DNA of 63,028 bases from Chloroflexota bacterium. Its GTDB lineage: Bacteria > Chloroflexota > Dehalococcoidia > Dehalococcoidales > JAZDNC01. The notes under the pieces were generated by a model. That model did no database searches, was not told the DNA's origin, and saw only the letters and a list, made by a program, of their open reading frames with translations. Below are positions 40,287 through 48,884 of this stretch, piece by piece (positions within the stretch are counted from its first letter, which is position 1; every line of letters begins with the position of its first letter). The position numbers and the translations under genes are program-made. Location: contig JAZDNC010000049.1 of assembly GCA_043800335.1 (NCBI GenBank), positions 1 through 63,028 of the forward strand, read 5' to 3'.

Positions 40287-41453
40287 TTAAGGTTTAATCT
40301 GGGTTACTATCCTCTTAATCTCCACCCCGTAAGGCGGTCTTATTATACCCTTTTCGGTGATGAATGCGGTGATAAGACGGTGCGGGGTAACATCAAAAGC
40401 CGGGTTCTCCGCCCTCACTCCCACGGGCGCTACCCTGACCCCCATCTGGTGCGTCACCTCGTCCTCGCTCCTGAACTCAATCGGTATCTCATCCCCGCTC
40501 TTTAGCTCCGGGTCAAAGGTAGAGGTCGGCGCCGCCACATAGAAGGGTATTTTATGCGCTTTTGCCAGCACGGCGAGGGAGTAGGTGCCAATCTTGTTCG
40601 CCGTATCGCCGTTTGCCGTGATTCGGTCTGCCCCCACGATGACGAGGTCAATCTTCTTCTCTCTCATGACGTAGCCTGCCATGGAGTCGGTGATGAGCGT
40701 GACCGGGACGCCGGCGCCCTTCAGTTCCCAGGTGGTGAGGCGCGCCCCCTGGCAGAGGGGACGGGTCTCGGTGGCGTAGACTTTTATTTTCTTCTCCTGC
40801 TCGTGGGCATAGATGATGACGCCCAGCGCCGTCCCGTAGCCGGTGGTGGCGAGTGGCCCCGTGTTGCAGTGGGTGAGGATGGTGGCATTATTCTTGAGTA
40901 GCTTTGCCCCGAACTTACTCAGTTTGCAGGTGGACTCGGTCTCCTCCTTATGGATTTGGCTCGCCTCGGCGGTAAGAGCGGACTTGATACTGGAGACACT
41001 TTTGGCTTTTTGGGCTACCTGTTCCATCCGGCTCACGGCGAAGAAGAGGTTCTTGGCGGTGGGCCGCGTTTTGGCGATGGTATTAGTAATTTTCTTAAGT
41101 TCCTTGAGAAAGGCGTCTTTCGTTTCTGCCTTAATCTGAAGCGCCCCTAGCAAGATGCCATAGGCGGCGGCAACCCCGATGGCAGGGGCACCCCTGACCT
41201 TAAGTCCTTTGATGGCTCTGGCTACTTCACGATAGTCGGTGATTTCAAGATAGACCTCTTTTGCTGGCAGCTTCGTCTGGTCAATCAGTCTCAGGCGGTC
41301 ACCCTCCCAGATTACAGGTTGCGCTCCGATTTGACACCTCCCGTCTTTTGCTGTGCTTTCTCCCAGTCCCGTCGGTAAATCTCCATCAGGACAAAGCTGA
41401 GCCCGTCTTGAACCATTGTGGTATAAGGCTTGAAGCCCGCTTTTTTGAAGCAT
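40287..41453 (-). CDS. mtnA: Methylthioribose-1-phosphate isomerase (eIF-2B alpha/beta/delta family); start unresolved
   Basis: IWEGDRLRLIDQTKLP, VRGAPAIG, TRP..QGARLT..EL, VGADRI..NGD.ANKIGTY. ATG 41453 would overlap the GNAT gene by 142 nt. Confidence 0.85.
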   Translation of the reverse strand: MLQKSGLQALYHNGSRRAQLCPDGDLPTGLGESTAKDGRCQIGAQPVIWEGDRLRLIDQTKLPAKEVYLEITDYREVARAIKGLKVRGAPAIGVAAAYGILLGALQIKAETKDAFLKELKKITNTIAKTRPTAKNLFFAVSRMEQVAQKAKSVSSIKSALTAEASQIHKEETESTCKLSKFGAKLLKNNATILTHCNTGPLATTGYGTALGVIIYAHEQEKKIKVYATETRPLCQGARLTTWELKGAGVPVTLITDSMAGYVMREKKIDLVIVGADRITANGDTANKIGTYSLAVLAKAHKIPFYVAAPTSTFDPELKSGDEIPIEFRSEDEVTHQMGVRVAPVGVRAENPAFDVTPHRLITAFITEKGIIRPPYGVEIKRIVTQIKP

Positions 41454-41875
41454 TTCTGTGCCCGCTGGTTTGACTCCAGCGTTTTGAGGTAGATGCGCCG
41501 GAGCTTCGTCTCGGTAAAGATGTGGTTGAGGAGGGTATTCACGGCATCCTCGCCGTAACCCTTATCCCAGTAGTCCCGGTCGCCAATCATGATGCCCAGC
41601 TCCGCTTCCATCTCGTCTTCGTCCAGGTTGTAATAGGCGATGTTGCCGATGTGCTCACCCTTAAGGGTCTCCAGGGCGAAGATGTGGCGCGTCGTCATCC
41701 GGGCAAAGCGGAGCTGTTTGGGGTATGCCGCCTGGTACTCCTCGAAACTGAGGCGGGTGGGCTTCATGCCGTCAAGGCGGCTGAGCTCGGGGTCGCGCTG
41801 CCAGAGATAGTCTTCATGGACATCGCCGTCTTGTTTTTCACGGAGCCTGACCTTTTTGCCGGTAGCGGTAGTCAT
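41312..41875 (-). CDS. GNAT-family N-acetyltransferase (RimJ/RimL-like)
   Basis: IGNIAYYNLD....AELGIMIGDRDYWDKGYG..A...L..H.F. Confidence 0.8.
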   Translation of the reverse strand: MTTATGKKVRLREKQDGDVHEDYLWQRDPELSRLDGMKPTRLSFEEYQAAYPKQLRFARMTTRHIFALETLKGEHIGNIAYYNLDEDEMEAELGIMIGDRDYWDKGYGEDAVNTLLNHIFTETKLRRIYLKTLESNQRAQKCFKKAGFKPYTTMVQDGLSFVLMEIYRRDWEKAQQKTGGVKSERNL

Positions 41876-42802
41876 CTAGATTCTGAAACCCAGAGGGTCT
41901 TCCCCGCTGGCAAGGTCTTCCAGAGCCTCCTCCGCCGCCTGAGAGACAGCTTCGCTATCACTCTGAAGGCACTGTCTCAAACAACTTCGTGCCTCAGCAC
42001 CGCCTACCTGCCCCAGCGACCTGATGGCGGCGAGCTGAACCTCCGGGTCGGGGTCCTCCAGAAGCTCAATCAGATAGGCTACGCTCTCTTCCTCGCCAAT
42101 TTCACCCAGCGCCGTGGCGGCTTCATAGCGTAGCTCGGCGTCGGTGCTCTTTATCTCCTTGTACAGGAGTGGTAGCCACGTGGTATCACAGCTTCTGCCC
42201 ATGGCATAAACGGCGCTTGCCTTGAACTTGGGGTCACCGCTGTTATAGGCAAGAGTTATGGCTTCGCTCACCTCGGCAAGGCTCAGTGGGGAAACCGCCT
42301 CGAGCGCCCGGCGTCTCAGCTCAACCGGGTTTTTCTCATCGCGGGCGGCTTGAAGCAGGCTTCGCCTGAGGCTCTCGACATAGACCGGGCGCAGTTTACC
42401 GTGTTCTGCCAGCACGGCAAATCTGCCCAGCGCCGCGGCGGCGGCAGCCCTGACCTCGTCCGATGAGTCCCGCTCCATGAGGTTAATCAGCGACCTGATG
42501 AGGGAGGCGTCATCACAGTCCCAGAGCCCCTTTATGGCGCTTTGACGCACCCCAGCGTCCTCATCACAGAGCAGGAGCCGGAAGATGCCATCGAAGCTGA
42601 GCTCAAAGTTGTTTTCGCCAAGTTCCGCGAGGCGGTTAGTTATATGAAGCCGCCGCTTCGGGGGCAGAAGTGAAAAACGCTCCCGGAAGGTAGCCAGCTC
42701 CTCCCGGCTGAGGTCGGATAGCTCGGTAAGCTCGGTGTTATGGAGCGGTCTATCCGTATCAGTCAGATGGGAGAGTATAGCTTCCAGGGGCAAGGACTCC
42801 AT
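41876..42802 (-). CDS. HEAT-repeat protein
   Basis: Repeated D..VR..A..ALG motifs (PBS-lyase/HEAT-like) along 308 aa. Confidence 0.75.
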   Translation of the reverse strand: MESLPLEAILSHLTDTDRPLHNTELTELSDLSREELATFRERFSLLPPKRRLHITNRLAELGENNFELSFDGIFRLLLCDEDAGVRQSAIKGLWDCDDASLIRSLINLMERDSSDEVRAAAAAALGRFAVLAEHGKLRPVYVESLRRSLLQAARDEKNPVELRRRALEAVSPLSLAEVSEAITLAYNSGDPKFKASAVYAMGRSCDTTWLPLLYKEIKSTDAELRYEAATALGEIGEEESVAYLIELLEDPDPEVQLAAIRSLGQVGGAEARSCLRQCLQSDSEAVSQAAEEALEDLASGEDPLGFRI

Positions 42803-42804
42803 AC

Positions 42805-43614
42805 CTAAGTCTCCTCCTCTCCCTCTCCGTCCTCGCCCTCTTCCTCGCCGTACTCCCAGATAGGCTCGGTGAAGTAGTCGATGTACTCGCCCATCGCCGT
42901 GGCTGCCGCCTGCTTCATTTTCTCCTTTACTTCCTCGGCAATCTGGCTAAGCTCTTCGGTGTCAATGGTGATACCAAGCATCCGGGTCAGGACATTGACG
43001 ATAGCCAGTGCCGCCACGGGGTTGGGCAGGCGGCTGGCGTAGGTGGGTACTTCCCCCAAAAGACAGATGCCGTCAATCTTTCTTTCCTTGGCGATGCCCA
43101 GAAGCAGTCCGTTGAGCCCGGCAATCTGAAGGGCACCCGCTTGCCACAGATTGCGCTCCCTGAGCTCGTGTGCCACAACCTCATTACTGGCTGCCCCCCA
43201 GACGCGGGATTGCTCGGTGTGGTGCATCCGGGTGAGGGCGGCGGCACAGGTATAGACACGCGTTACTTTGTATCGCTCTGCCACGTCCATGACCATATTC
43301 GCCAGGTCGTAAGCCTTGGCCGCCGGCTGGTCTTCGCCAACGAAGATGATGATGTCGCTGTCGCCGCGGCGGTTTTTCCAGTAGTAAAACTCGCTGCGCG
43401 GGAACTGCGGGGCTTCGACAATGCTGTTCCTTACCATCACCCCTATCGGCTCAAAGAAGTCCAGTGGCTCAATCTCCGCCAGCTTCTTGAAGGGGAGCTT
43501 CTTCAGGAGATATGTCGTCACATTCAAAGAGACGTTTGAGACCCCGGGCCAGGAGGCAAGCAATACCGGGTTTTTGAGTTTCGGGCGGGCAAAAAATTTG
43601 ACTTGGCCGTTCAT
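42805..43614 (-). CDS. PAC2 (proteasome-assembly-chaperone-2-like, COG2047) family protein
   Basis: L.ASWPGVSNV...IIIFVGEDQP...VTRVYTCAA pattern and an acidic C-terminal tail EEEGEDGEGEEE. Confidence 0.5.
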   Translation of the reverse strand: MNGQVKFFARPKLKNPVLLASWPGVSNVSLNVTTYLLKKLPFKKLAEIEPLDFFEPIGVMVRNSIVEAPQFPRSEFYYWKNRRGDSDIIIFVGEDQPAAKAYDLANMVMDVAERYKVTRVYTCAAALTRMHHTEQSRVWGAASNEVVAHELRERNLWQAGALQIAGLNGLLLGIAKERKIDGICLLGEVPTYASRLPNPVAALAIVNVLTRMLGITIDTEELSQIAEEVKEKMKQAAATAMGEYIDYFTEPIWEYGEEEGEDGEGEEET

Positions 43615-43631
43615 TTCTCCCTCTTGCTAAT

Positions 43632-44930
43632 CTATTTGCCGGCGACCGAGATTCTGGGGCAGTAGATTGAAGGGGTAAAGACCCCGCCCACCCACCGCCC
43701 GTCACTACCGAGCGCCAGAACCTCTTTGAGTAACTCGTAGACGTTGCCGAAGACCATGGCGTCCTTGACCCGTCCCACGACCTGACCCTTCTCTACCCTG
43801 TAGCCCAGAAGGACGTTGCCGCTGAAATCACCGCCGAGGATATTACCCTGGGTCGCGCCCATGAGGTGCTCGATAATCAACCCTTCGTCTATTGAACTTA
43901 TCATCGCCTCGAAAGAAGTTTCTCCGGGTGTAATCAGAAGGGCGCTGGGCGCCGGACTCACCTGCCCGCCCGGTCCGCGCTCGCCGTTGCCGGTGCTTCT
44001 GGTCTTGGCTAACGCCGCGGTGCCGAGGTCATAGAGGAAGCTCATGACTCTGCCTCTCTCAATTAGAGGAGTGCGCTGGCTGGCTACCCCTTCATCATCA
44101 CAGGGCCGGCTGCTGGGACGATTGGCTATGGTGGCATCATCATAGAGACTAAGCTTTGAATCAAAAACGGTCTCACCGAGTCGTCCCCCCAGCGGCGAAG
44201 CCCCCTGGAGCACCGTCTTACCGTTAAAAGCCGAGATGAGGGGCGTGATAAGGGCACTCCCAACCCCGAAAGGGGTAAAGATTACCGGCATAGCCCGGGT
44301 CGGAAGGCTGACCTGATTTCTTGCCCACTCAAGCTGCCTTGCCACCGTCCGGACGATGGGAGCGATATCATTTATGGGCTGACACGAGGTCACGAAGTCG
44401 CCCACGAAGAGCATATCGCTATCCCGGATAAGCGTTCCCTCAACCTCCAGACTCATGGCGGAGAGCTTGTAATCGGCTTCGCCGCTAAGGGAATTCAGGA
44501 TACGCACCCTGGATACAGATTTGGTAACATGAGCCGAGCACAGGACCTCCGGGGTGTGCCCCCTCACCCGGTCAATGAGCGCTTCGCCTAGCCCGGTCAT
44601 TGCTTCCAGAGGCACCACCGCCACGCCGGGGTCGAAGACCTCGACCTTGGGATAGATATTTAGCTTGGGGAAGGTAAACTTAGCTTCCAGGCCAAACTGG
44701 GCGGTCTCCAGGGCGTGGTCAACCAGATTTCCCGCATCGGCGAGACTGGTGGCGGTGGCATAGCCCAGCCTGCCGTTTTTAATGAGACGCAGGACGATGT
44801 GATTTGACTCATTGGTCTCAATCTTCTTAAGCCGGTTGGCTTCAAACTGAACCGGCGTGGTCTCGGTGACGACCTGGTAGACCTCGGCTGCCTCGCTCAG
44901 CTTCTTTGCCCGGACAAGCAGGGATTCCAT
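43632..44930 (-). CDS. pmbA: PmbA/TldE-family protein (non-catalytic TldD partner)
   Basis: PmbA_TldD-like length and C-terminal G-rich motifs. No HExxxH. Confidence 0.8.
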   Translation of the reverse strand: MESLLVRAKKLSEAAEVYQVVTETTPVQFEANRLKKIETNESNHIVLRLIKNGRLGYATATSLADAGNLVDHALETAQFGLEAKFTFPKLNIYPKVEVFDPGVAVVPLEAMTGLGEALIDRVRGHTPEVLCSAHVTKSVSRVRILNSLSGEADYKLSAMSLEVEGTLIRDSDMLFVGDFVTSCQPINDIAPIVRTVARQLEWARNQVSLPTRAMPVIFTPFGVGSALITPLISAFNGKTVLQGASPLGGRLGETVFDSKLSLYDDATIANRPSSRPCDDEGVASQRTPLIERGRVMSFLYDLGTAALAKTRSTGNGERGPGGQVSPAPSALLITPGETSFEAMISSIDEGLIIEHLMGATQGNILGGDFSGNVLLGYRVEKGQVVGRVKDAMVFGNVYELLKEVLALGSDGRWVGGVFTPSIYCPRISVAGK

Positions 44931-46307
44931 CTAGCCTCCTCCCACCAGACAGTTCCGAATCCTGATATGGGGACTACCGTTTGATACCGGAAGCGGAGAC
45001 TGCCCTTCTTTGCCACAGCCCCCACCCTGGTTGAAATCCAGGTCGCTCCCGATGGCATCGATGTTCTTCAGGGTGGTGAAGATATTACCGGTGAGCACCA
45101 CCGGTTTCAGCATCTCGGCGACCCTGCCGTTTCTAATCATGTAGGCTTCACCCGCCGAGAAAGTGAACATCTCCATGGATGTCGTGCCGCCGTACCAGTT
45201 TTTAGCGTAGATACCTTCTTTAATGTCGGCAATGAGCTCCTCAAAAGTAGCTTTCCTCGGCTCAATATAGGTATTGGTCATGCGGACGATAGGCGGGAAG
45301 TGATAGTTTATCGCCCGGGCGTTCCCCGTCGGCTTTTCCCCCATCTTGGCTGCCGTCTCGCGGGAGTGGAGTCTTCCCACCAGCTTGCCTTCGTGTATAA
45401 GGTAGGTCTTGGTTGACGTCACCCCTTCGTCATCATACTGGTAACTGCCGCGGAGCCCGGGTACGGCGGCGCCGTCAACAATGTTGAGCTCTTTTCCGCC
45501 GAACTCCCGACCCAGTGTCATAATCTCACAAAGCTTGTCGTTCTCATAGACGGCGTCAGATTCGGAGAGGTGTCCGAAGGCTTCGTGAACAAAAACCCCG
45601 GCCAGGATGGGGTCAAGCACCACGGTGTAGGCACCGCCCTTTGCCCGCGGTGACTGAAGCAGTTGAACCGCCCGCTCCGCCAGACCCTGCACTTCCTTAT
45701 GCAGGCTCCGGATGGGGGCGATTTCCCCGGTCGTTCCGATGCTGACTCCTGCCTGCTGCACCTCGCCATCCTTAGCGGCGACGGCGCTCAGGCGCAATGT
45801 GACATCGGAGAACTCCTGCGTGATGAGGCTACCGGAAGAGCTAAGATAGATTCGCTTGCGGTGATTGTCCCCGTAGTCTATCCTTGAAGTCCTGAGCTTC
45901 GGCGTCTCCCAGATGATGGCATTGTACTCATCAAGAAGCCTCTTCTTCTCGGCGAGAGGGATGGTTAGTGGGTTCACCGTGCCCCGTGGCGGGGCAGTGA
46001 TCACCACGGCTTCCGCCTGGGCTAGTTCGCTCTTCTCCCGCCGGGCGAGTTCCGCCTGTTTCACGACAAGGGCGACTTTCTCGCTGAGCTTATCAAAATC
46101 ATTGAAGCTGACAAAGCCCCAGCCACCCTTGACCAGGGCGCGTATGTTGCCTCCGGTGCTCCGGCTGTGTCCAGCGGCTTCCAGCTCCCTGCCGCGATAG
46201 GTGAGCAGGCTCGTCTCGCTCTCTTCAAGATGGGCTTCGATGTAGTCTGCCTGATACTTCCTGAGCAGGTCTTTCAGCTCATGGCTGACTGTCTCAATTG
46301 AACTCAT
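44931..46307 (-). CDS. tldD: TldD-family metalloprotease
   Basis: HEAFGHLSE (HExxxH). GGCGKEGQ near the C-terminus. Directly abuts pmbA. Confidence 0.85.
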   Translation of the reverse strand: MSSIETVSHELKDLLRKYQADYIEAHLEESETSLLTYRGRELEAAGHSRSTGGNIRALVKGGWGFVSFNDFDKLSEKVALVVKQAELARREKSELAQAEAVVITAPPRGTVNPLTIPLAEKKRLLDEYNAIIWETPKLRTSRIDYGDNHRKRIYLSSSGSLITQEFSDVTLRLSAVAAKDGEVQQAGVSIGTTGEIAPIRSLHKEVQGLAERAVQLLQSPRAKGGAYTVVLDPILAGVFVHEAFGHLSESDAVYENDKLCEIMTLGREFGGKELNIVDGAAVPGLRGSYQYDDEGVTSTKTYLIHEGKLVGRLHSRETAAKMGEKPTGNARAINYHFPPIVRMTNTYIEPRKATFEELIADIKEGIYAKNWYGGTTSMEMFTFSAGEAYMIRNGRVAEMLKPVVLTGNIFTTLKNIDAIGSDLDFNQGGGCGKEGQSPLPVSNGSPHIRIRNCLVGGG

Positions 46308-46369
46308 ACGAATTGGTCTCCCGATGACGTCTAAGTTTAAGTTTAGGCGACCTCTGCCGAGTTGTCAAT

Positions 46370-46700
46370 TTGTCATTATCGGATTGGCTGAAGTCTAATT
46401 GTCATTGCGAGCGGAGCAAGTCCGCCCTTTCTTAACGTCATTGCGAGGGGCTTCAGCCCCGTGGCAATCTCATTCAATTTGCTCCTTGTCATTATCAGAC
46501 CCGACACAATCCAAAGAAGGCGTAGCATTTAGATTCCCGTTCACAGTGAACCCGTTCACTTCGTGGTTCACCCTGAAGAGATTCACCATGAATGGGTGAC
46601 TCAGTGGAACCAGGGTGAACCTGCTTCCGCAGGAATGACAGAGTGGTCGTGGATTTGATATGTGGTCATTGCGGCCGAAGGCGTGGCAATCCGTATCCAG
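46370..46700. repeat. Large intergenic repeat cluster (units A x3, C x2, 122-bp composite unit)
   Basis: gtcattgcgag at about 46400, 46437 and 46665. 46519-46640 is the reverse complement of 54601-54722. Confidence 0.9.
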
Positions 46701-46729
46701 AGAGCTAAAGTGAGGGGAGAAAATTTCTG

Positions 46730-46738
46730 TGTTATACT
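46730..46738 (+). promoter_or_regulatory. Extended -10 element (TGtTATACT)
   Basis: Lies 40 nt upstream of ATG 46778. Same gtgttata motif as other promoters in the window. Confidence 0.4.
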
Positions 46739-46777
46739 GGGAATAAGGTTTCAAACGTAATTTTGCCGGGAGGCACT

Positions 46778-47515
46778 ATGAGCAAGCTTATTGAAAAACT
46801 TAACCAGATTTTGCGTCCGACCCCACCCCCGATGGGCTTCGGCAGAAGTCAACCAGTTCCGCCCAAAGCCAGGATGCTTATTATCGCCAGTGAAACCTCC
46901 GATAGTCTCAGCGGTGCCGACGGCGTTCTGCTGGACTCAATGAATAAAGAGGTGCTGACCGGAATTGCCAAAACCTCGCCCGACCTGCCCTGGGGCGTCA
47001 GTCTAAGCCGTTATGATTCGAAACAGTTAGCGGGACTCACGAAATCCGGGGCAGATTTCGTTGTTTTTACCGCCGAAAACACATCACTCGGCTTACTCAG
47101 CCATGATAAACTGGGAAAAATTCTTGAGGTCGAGCCTTCGCTCGCCGATAGCCTTTTGAGAACGGTAAACGAGCTACCCGTGGATGCGGTTCTCCTCGCT
47201 CTCAAGTACGAAGGCGAAACATCTCTTAGCTGGTATCACCTCATGCTCTCACGCCGCTTTGCCAGCCTGCTCACCAAGCCGCTACTGGTCTTAGCACCAC
47301 AGGGAGTTACAGGCAAGGAGCTTCTGGCTTTATGGGAGGCCGGGGTATCCGGCGTGGTCGTGCCGGCTGAGAGGGTTAAGGAACTAAAAGAAGAGTCTGA
47401 TAGGCTTACTTTCCCCGAACGCCGTCTGAGCCGGATGGGGGCACTCATACCGCGCCTGAGCCAGGAGACGCCTAAAGAACCAGGGGAAGACGAAGAAGAG
47501 GAAGAGGAGCCTTAG
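46778..47515 (+). CDS. Hypothetical protein with acidic C-terminal tail
   Basis: GGGAGG SD before ATG 46778. 245 aa. C-terminus EPGEDEEEEEEP. No family recognised. Confidence 0.6.
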   Translation: MSKLIEKLNQILRPTPPPMGFGRSQPVPPKARMLIIASETSDSLSGADGVLLDSMNKEVLTGIAKTSPDLPWGVSLSRYDSKQLAGLTKSGADFVVFTAENTSLGLLSHDKLGKILEVEPSLADSLLRTVNELPVDAVLLALKYEGETSLSWYHLMLSRRFASLLTKPLLVLAPQGVTGKELLALWEAGVSGVVVPAERVKELKEESDRLTFPERRLSRMGALIPRLSQETPKEPGEDEEEEEEP

Positions 47516-48657
47516 AGCTGTCCCTGCTGGAGCTGATAGGCTTTGCCCTCGGTAGTGATGGCGGGAGCGATGACCATCTCCGTCTGGTGCATCTCGGCGA
47601 TAGTCGCCGCACCGCAGACGCCCATGGCGGTTCTTAGCGCTCCGATAAAGTTCTGACTGCCGTCGGTGACCGATGTCGGCCCGAAGAGAATCTGCTCCAG
47701 CGTGCTAGTCGTTCCCACCTTGATGCGGGTGCCTCTGGGCAGGGCGGGATGGGGGTTTGACATTCCCCACTCGTAGCCGTGGCCGGGGGCTTCTCTGGCT
47801 TTGGCGAAGACCGAGCCCATCATGACCGCATCCGCCCCGGCGACGATAGCTTTACACAGGTCTCCGCCCTTGCGGAAGCCGCCATCGGTGATGATGGGGA
47901 CATATCTTCCCGTCTCGGCGAGGTAGCTGTCCCTGGCGGCGGCACAGTCAATGGTTGCCGTTATCTGGGGCACGCCTACTCCCAATACCTCTCTTGAGGT
48001 GCAGGCAGCCCCGGGACCCACCCCAACCAGCACAGCGGAGACGCCGGTGCGCATGAGGTCTAGGCAGGCTTTGTAGCCGACGCAGTTGCCGACCATGACC
48101 GGCACCTTGACCGTCTGGCAGAACTCCTCGAAGACCAGCCCCTTGAGGCTCCTGGAGACATGACGTGCCGTGGTCACCGTGGACTGGACAACAAAGATGT
48201 CGGCACCGGCTTCAATAGCGATGGGGGCGAAGCGCTTGGCGTTGGCCGGGGCGGTGGCAACGGCACAGGTTGCGCCGGCTTTCTTGATGGCTTCAACCTT
48301 TTCCCCGATAAGCTTCTCCTTGACCGGGGCGGTGTAGAGCTTCTGGAGAAGGGCGGTAACCTCACCCTGGGGAGTTCTGGCAATCTGTGAGAGTATCTCC
48401 TTGGGATTATCGTAGCGTGTCTGAATACCGTCCAGATTCATCACCGCCAGCCCGCCGAACTTGCTCATCAGGATAGCGAAATCAACATCGGTTACGGCGT
48501 CCATAGCGGCGGCGATGAGGGGGATAGCAAATTTGATACCGCCCACGCTGAAGTCGGTAGTGGTCTGTTCCGGATTTATGGTGGTGTCCCCGGGGACAAT
48601 GGCTACTTCATCAAATCCATAAGAGCGCTTCAGCTCTTTGAAATGTGGGGTGGTCAT
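47512..48657 (-). CDS. IMP dehydrogenase-related protein lacking CBS domains (GuaB3-like)
   Basis: YGFDEVAIVPGD, GVGPGA.CT.R...GVG.PQ..A, GGFRKGGD..KA...GADAVM.G. AAGGAGG SD before ATG 48657. Confidence 0.8.
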   Translation of the reverse strand: MTTPHFKELKRSYGFDEVAIVPGDTTINPEQTTTDFSVGGIKFAIPLIAAAMDAVTDVDFAILMSKFGGLAVMNLDGIQTRYDNPKEILSQIARTPQGEVTALLQKLYTAPVKEKLIGEKVEAIKKAGATCAVATAPANAKRFAPIAIEAGADIFVVQSTVTTARHVSRSLKGLVFEEFCQTVKVPVMVGNCVGYKACLDLMRTGVSAVLVGVGPGAACTSREVLGVGVPQITATIDCAAARDSYLAETGRYVPIITDGGFRKGGDLCKAIVAGADAVMMGSVFAKAREAPGHGYEWGMSNPHPALPRGTRIKVGTTSTLEQILFGPTSVTDGSQNFIGALRTAMGVCGAATIAEMHQTEMVIAPAITTEGKAYQLQQGQL

Positions 48658-48756
48658 AGGAGTCCTCCTTTTGAAAGGTAAATATAGCAAAAAGAGGGCT
48701 TTTAAGTCAATAAAAAATGGAGATTGAGAGTGTTGCAAATTTGGGAGAAATTAAAT

Positions 48757-48844
48757 TGTCATTGCGAGCCAAAGGCGAAGCAATCCGTAAATCCGCATCG
48801 CATGAAGGAAACGGATTGCTTTGGGCTGGCGCCATCGCAATGAC
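48757..48844. repeat. Two unit-A repeats in tail-to-tail inverted arrangement
   Basis: tgtcattgcgagccaaaggcgaagcaatccgt ... acggattgctttgggctggcgccatcgcaatgac. Confidence 0.9.
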
Positions 48845-48884
48845 GGAAGGAGCATTGCGGTTTCTGATCGGATTAGCCCGCTCT

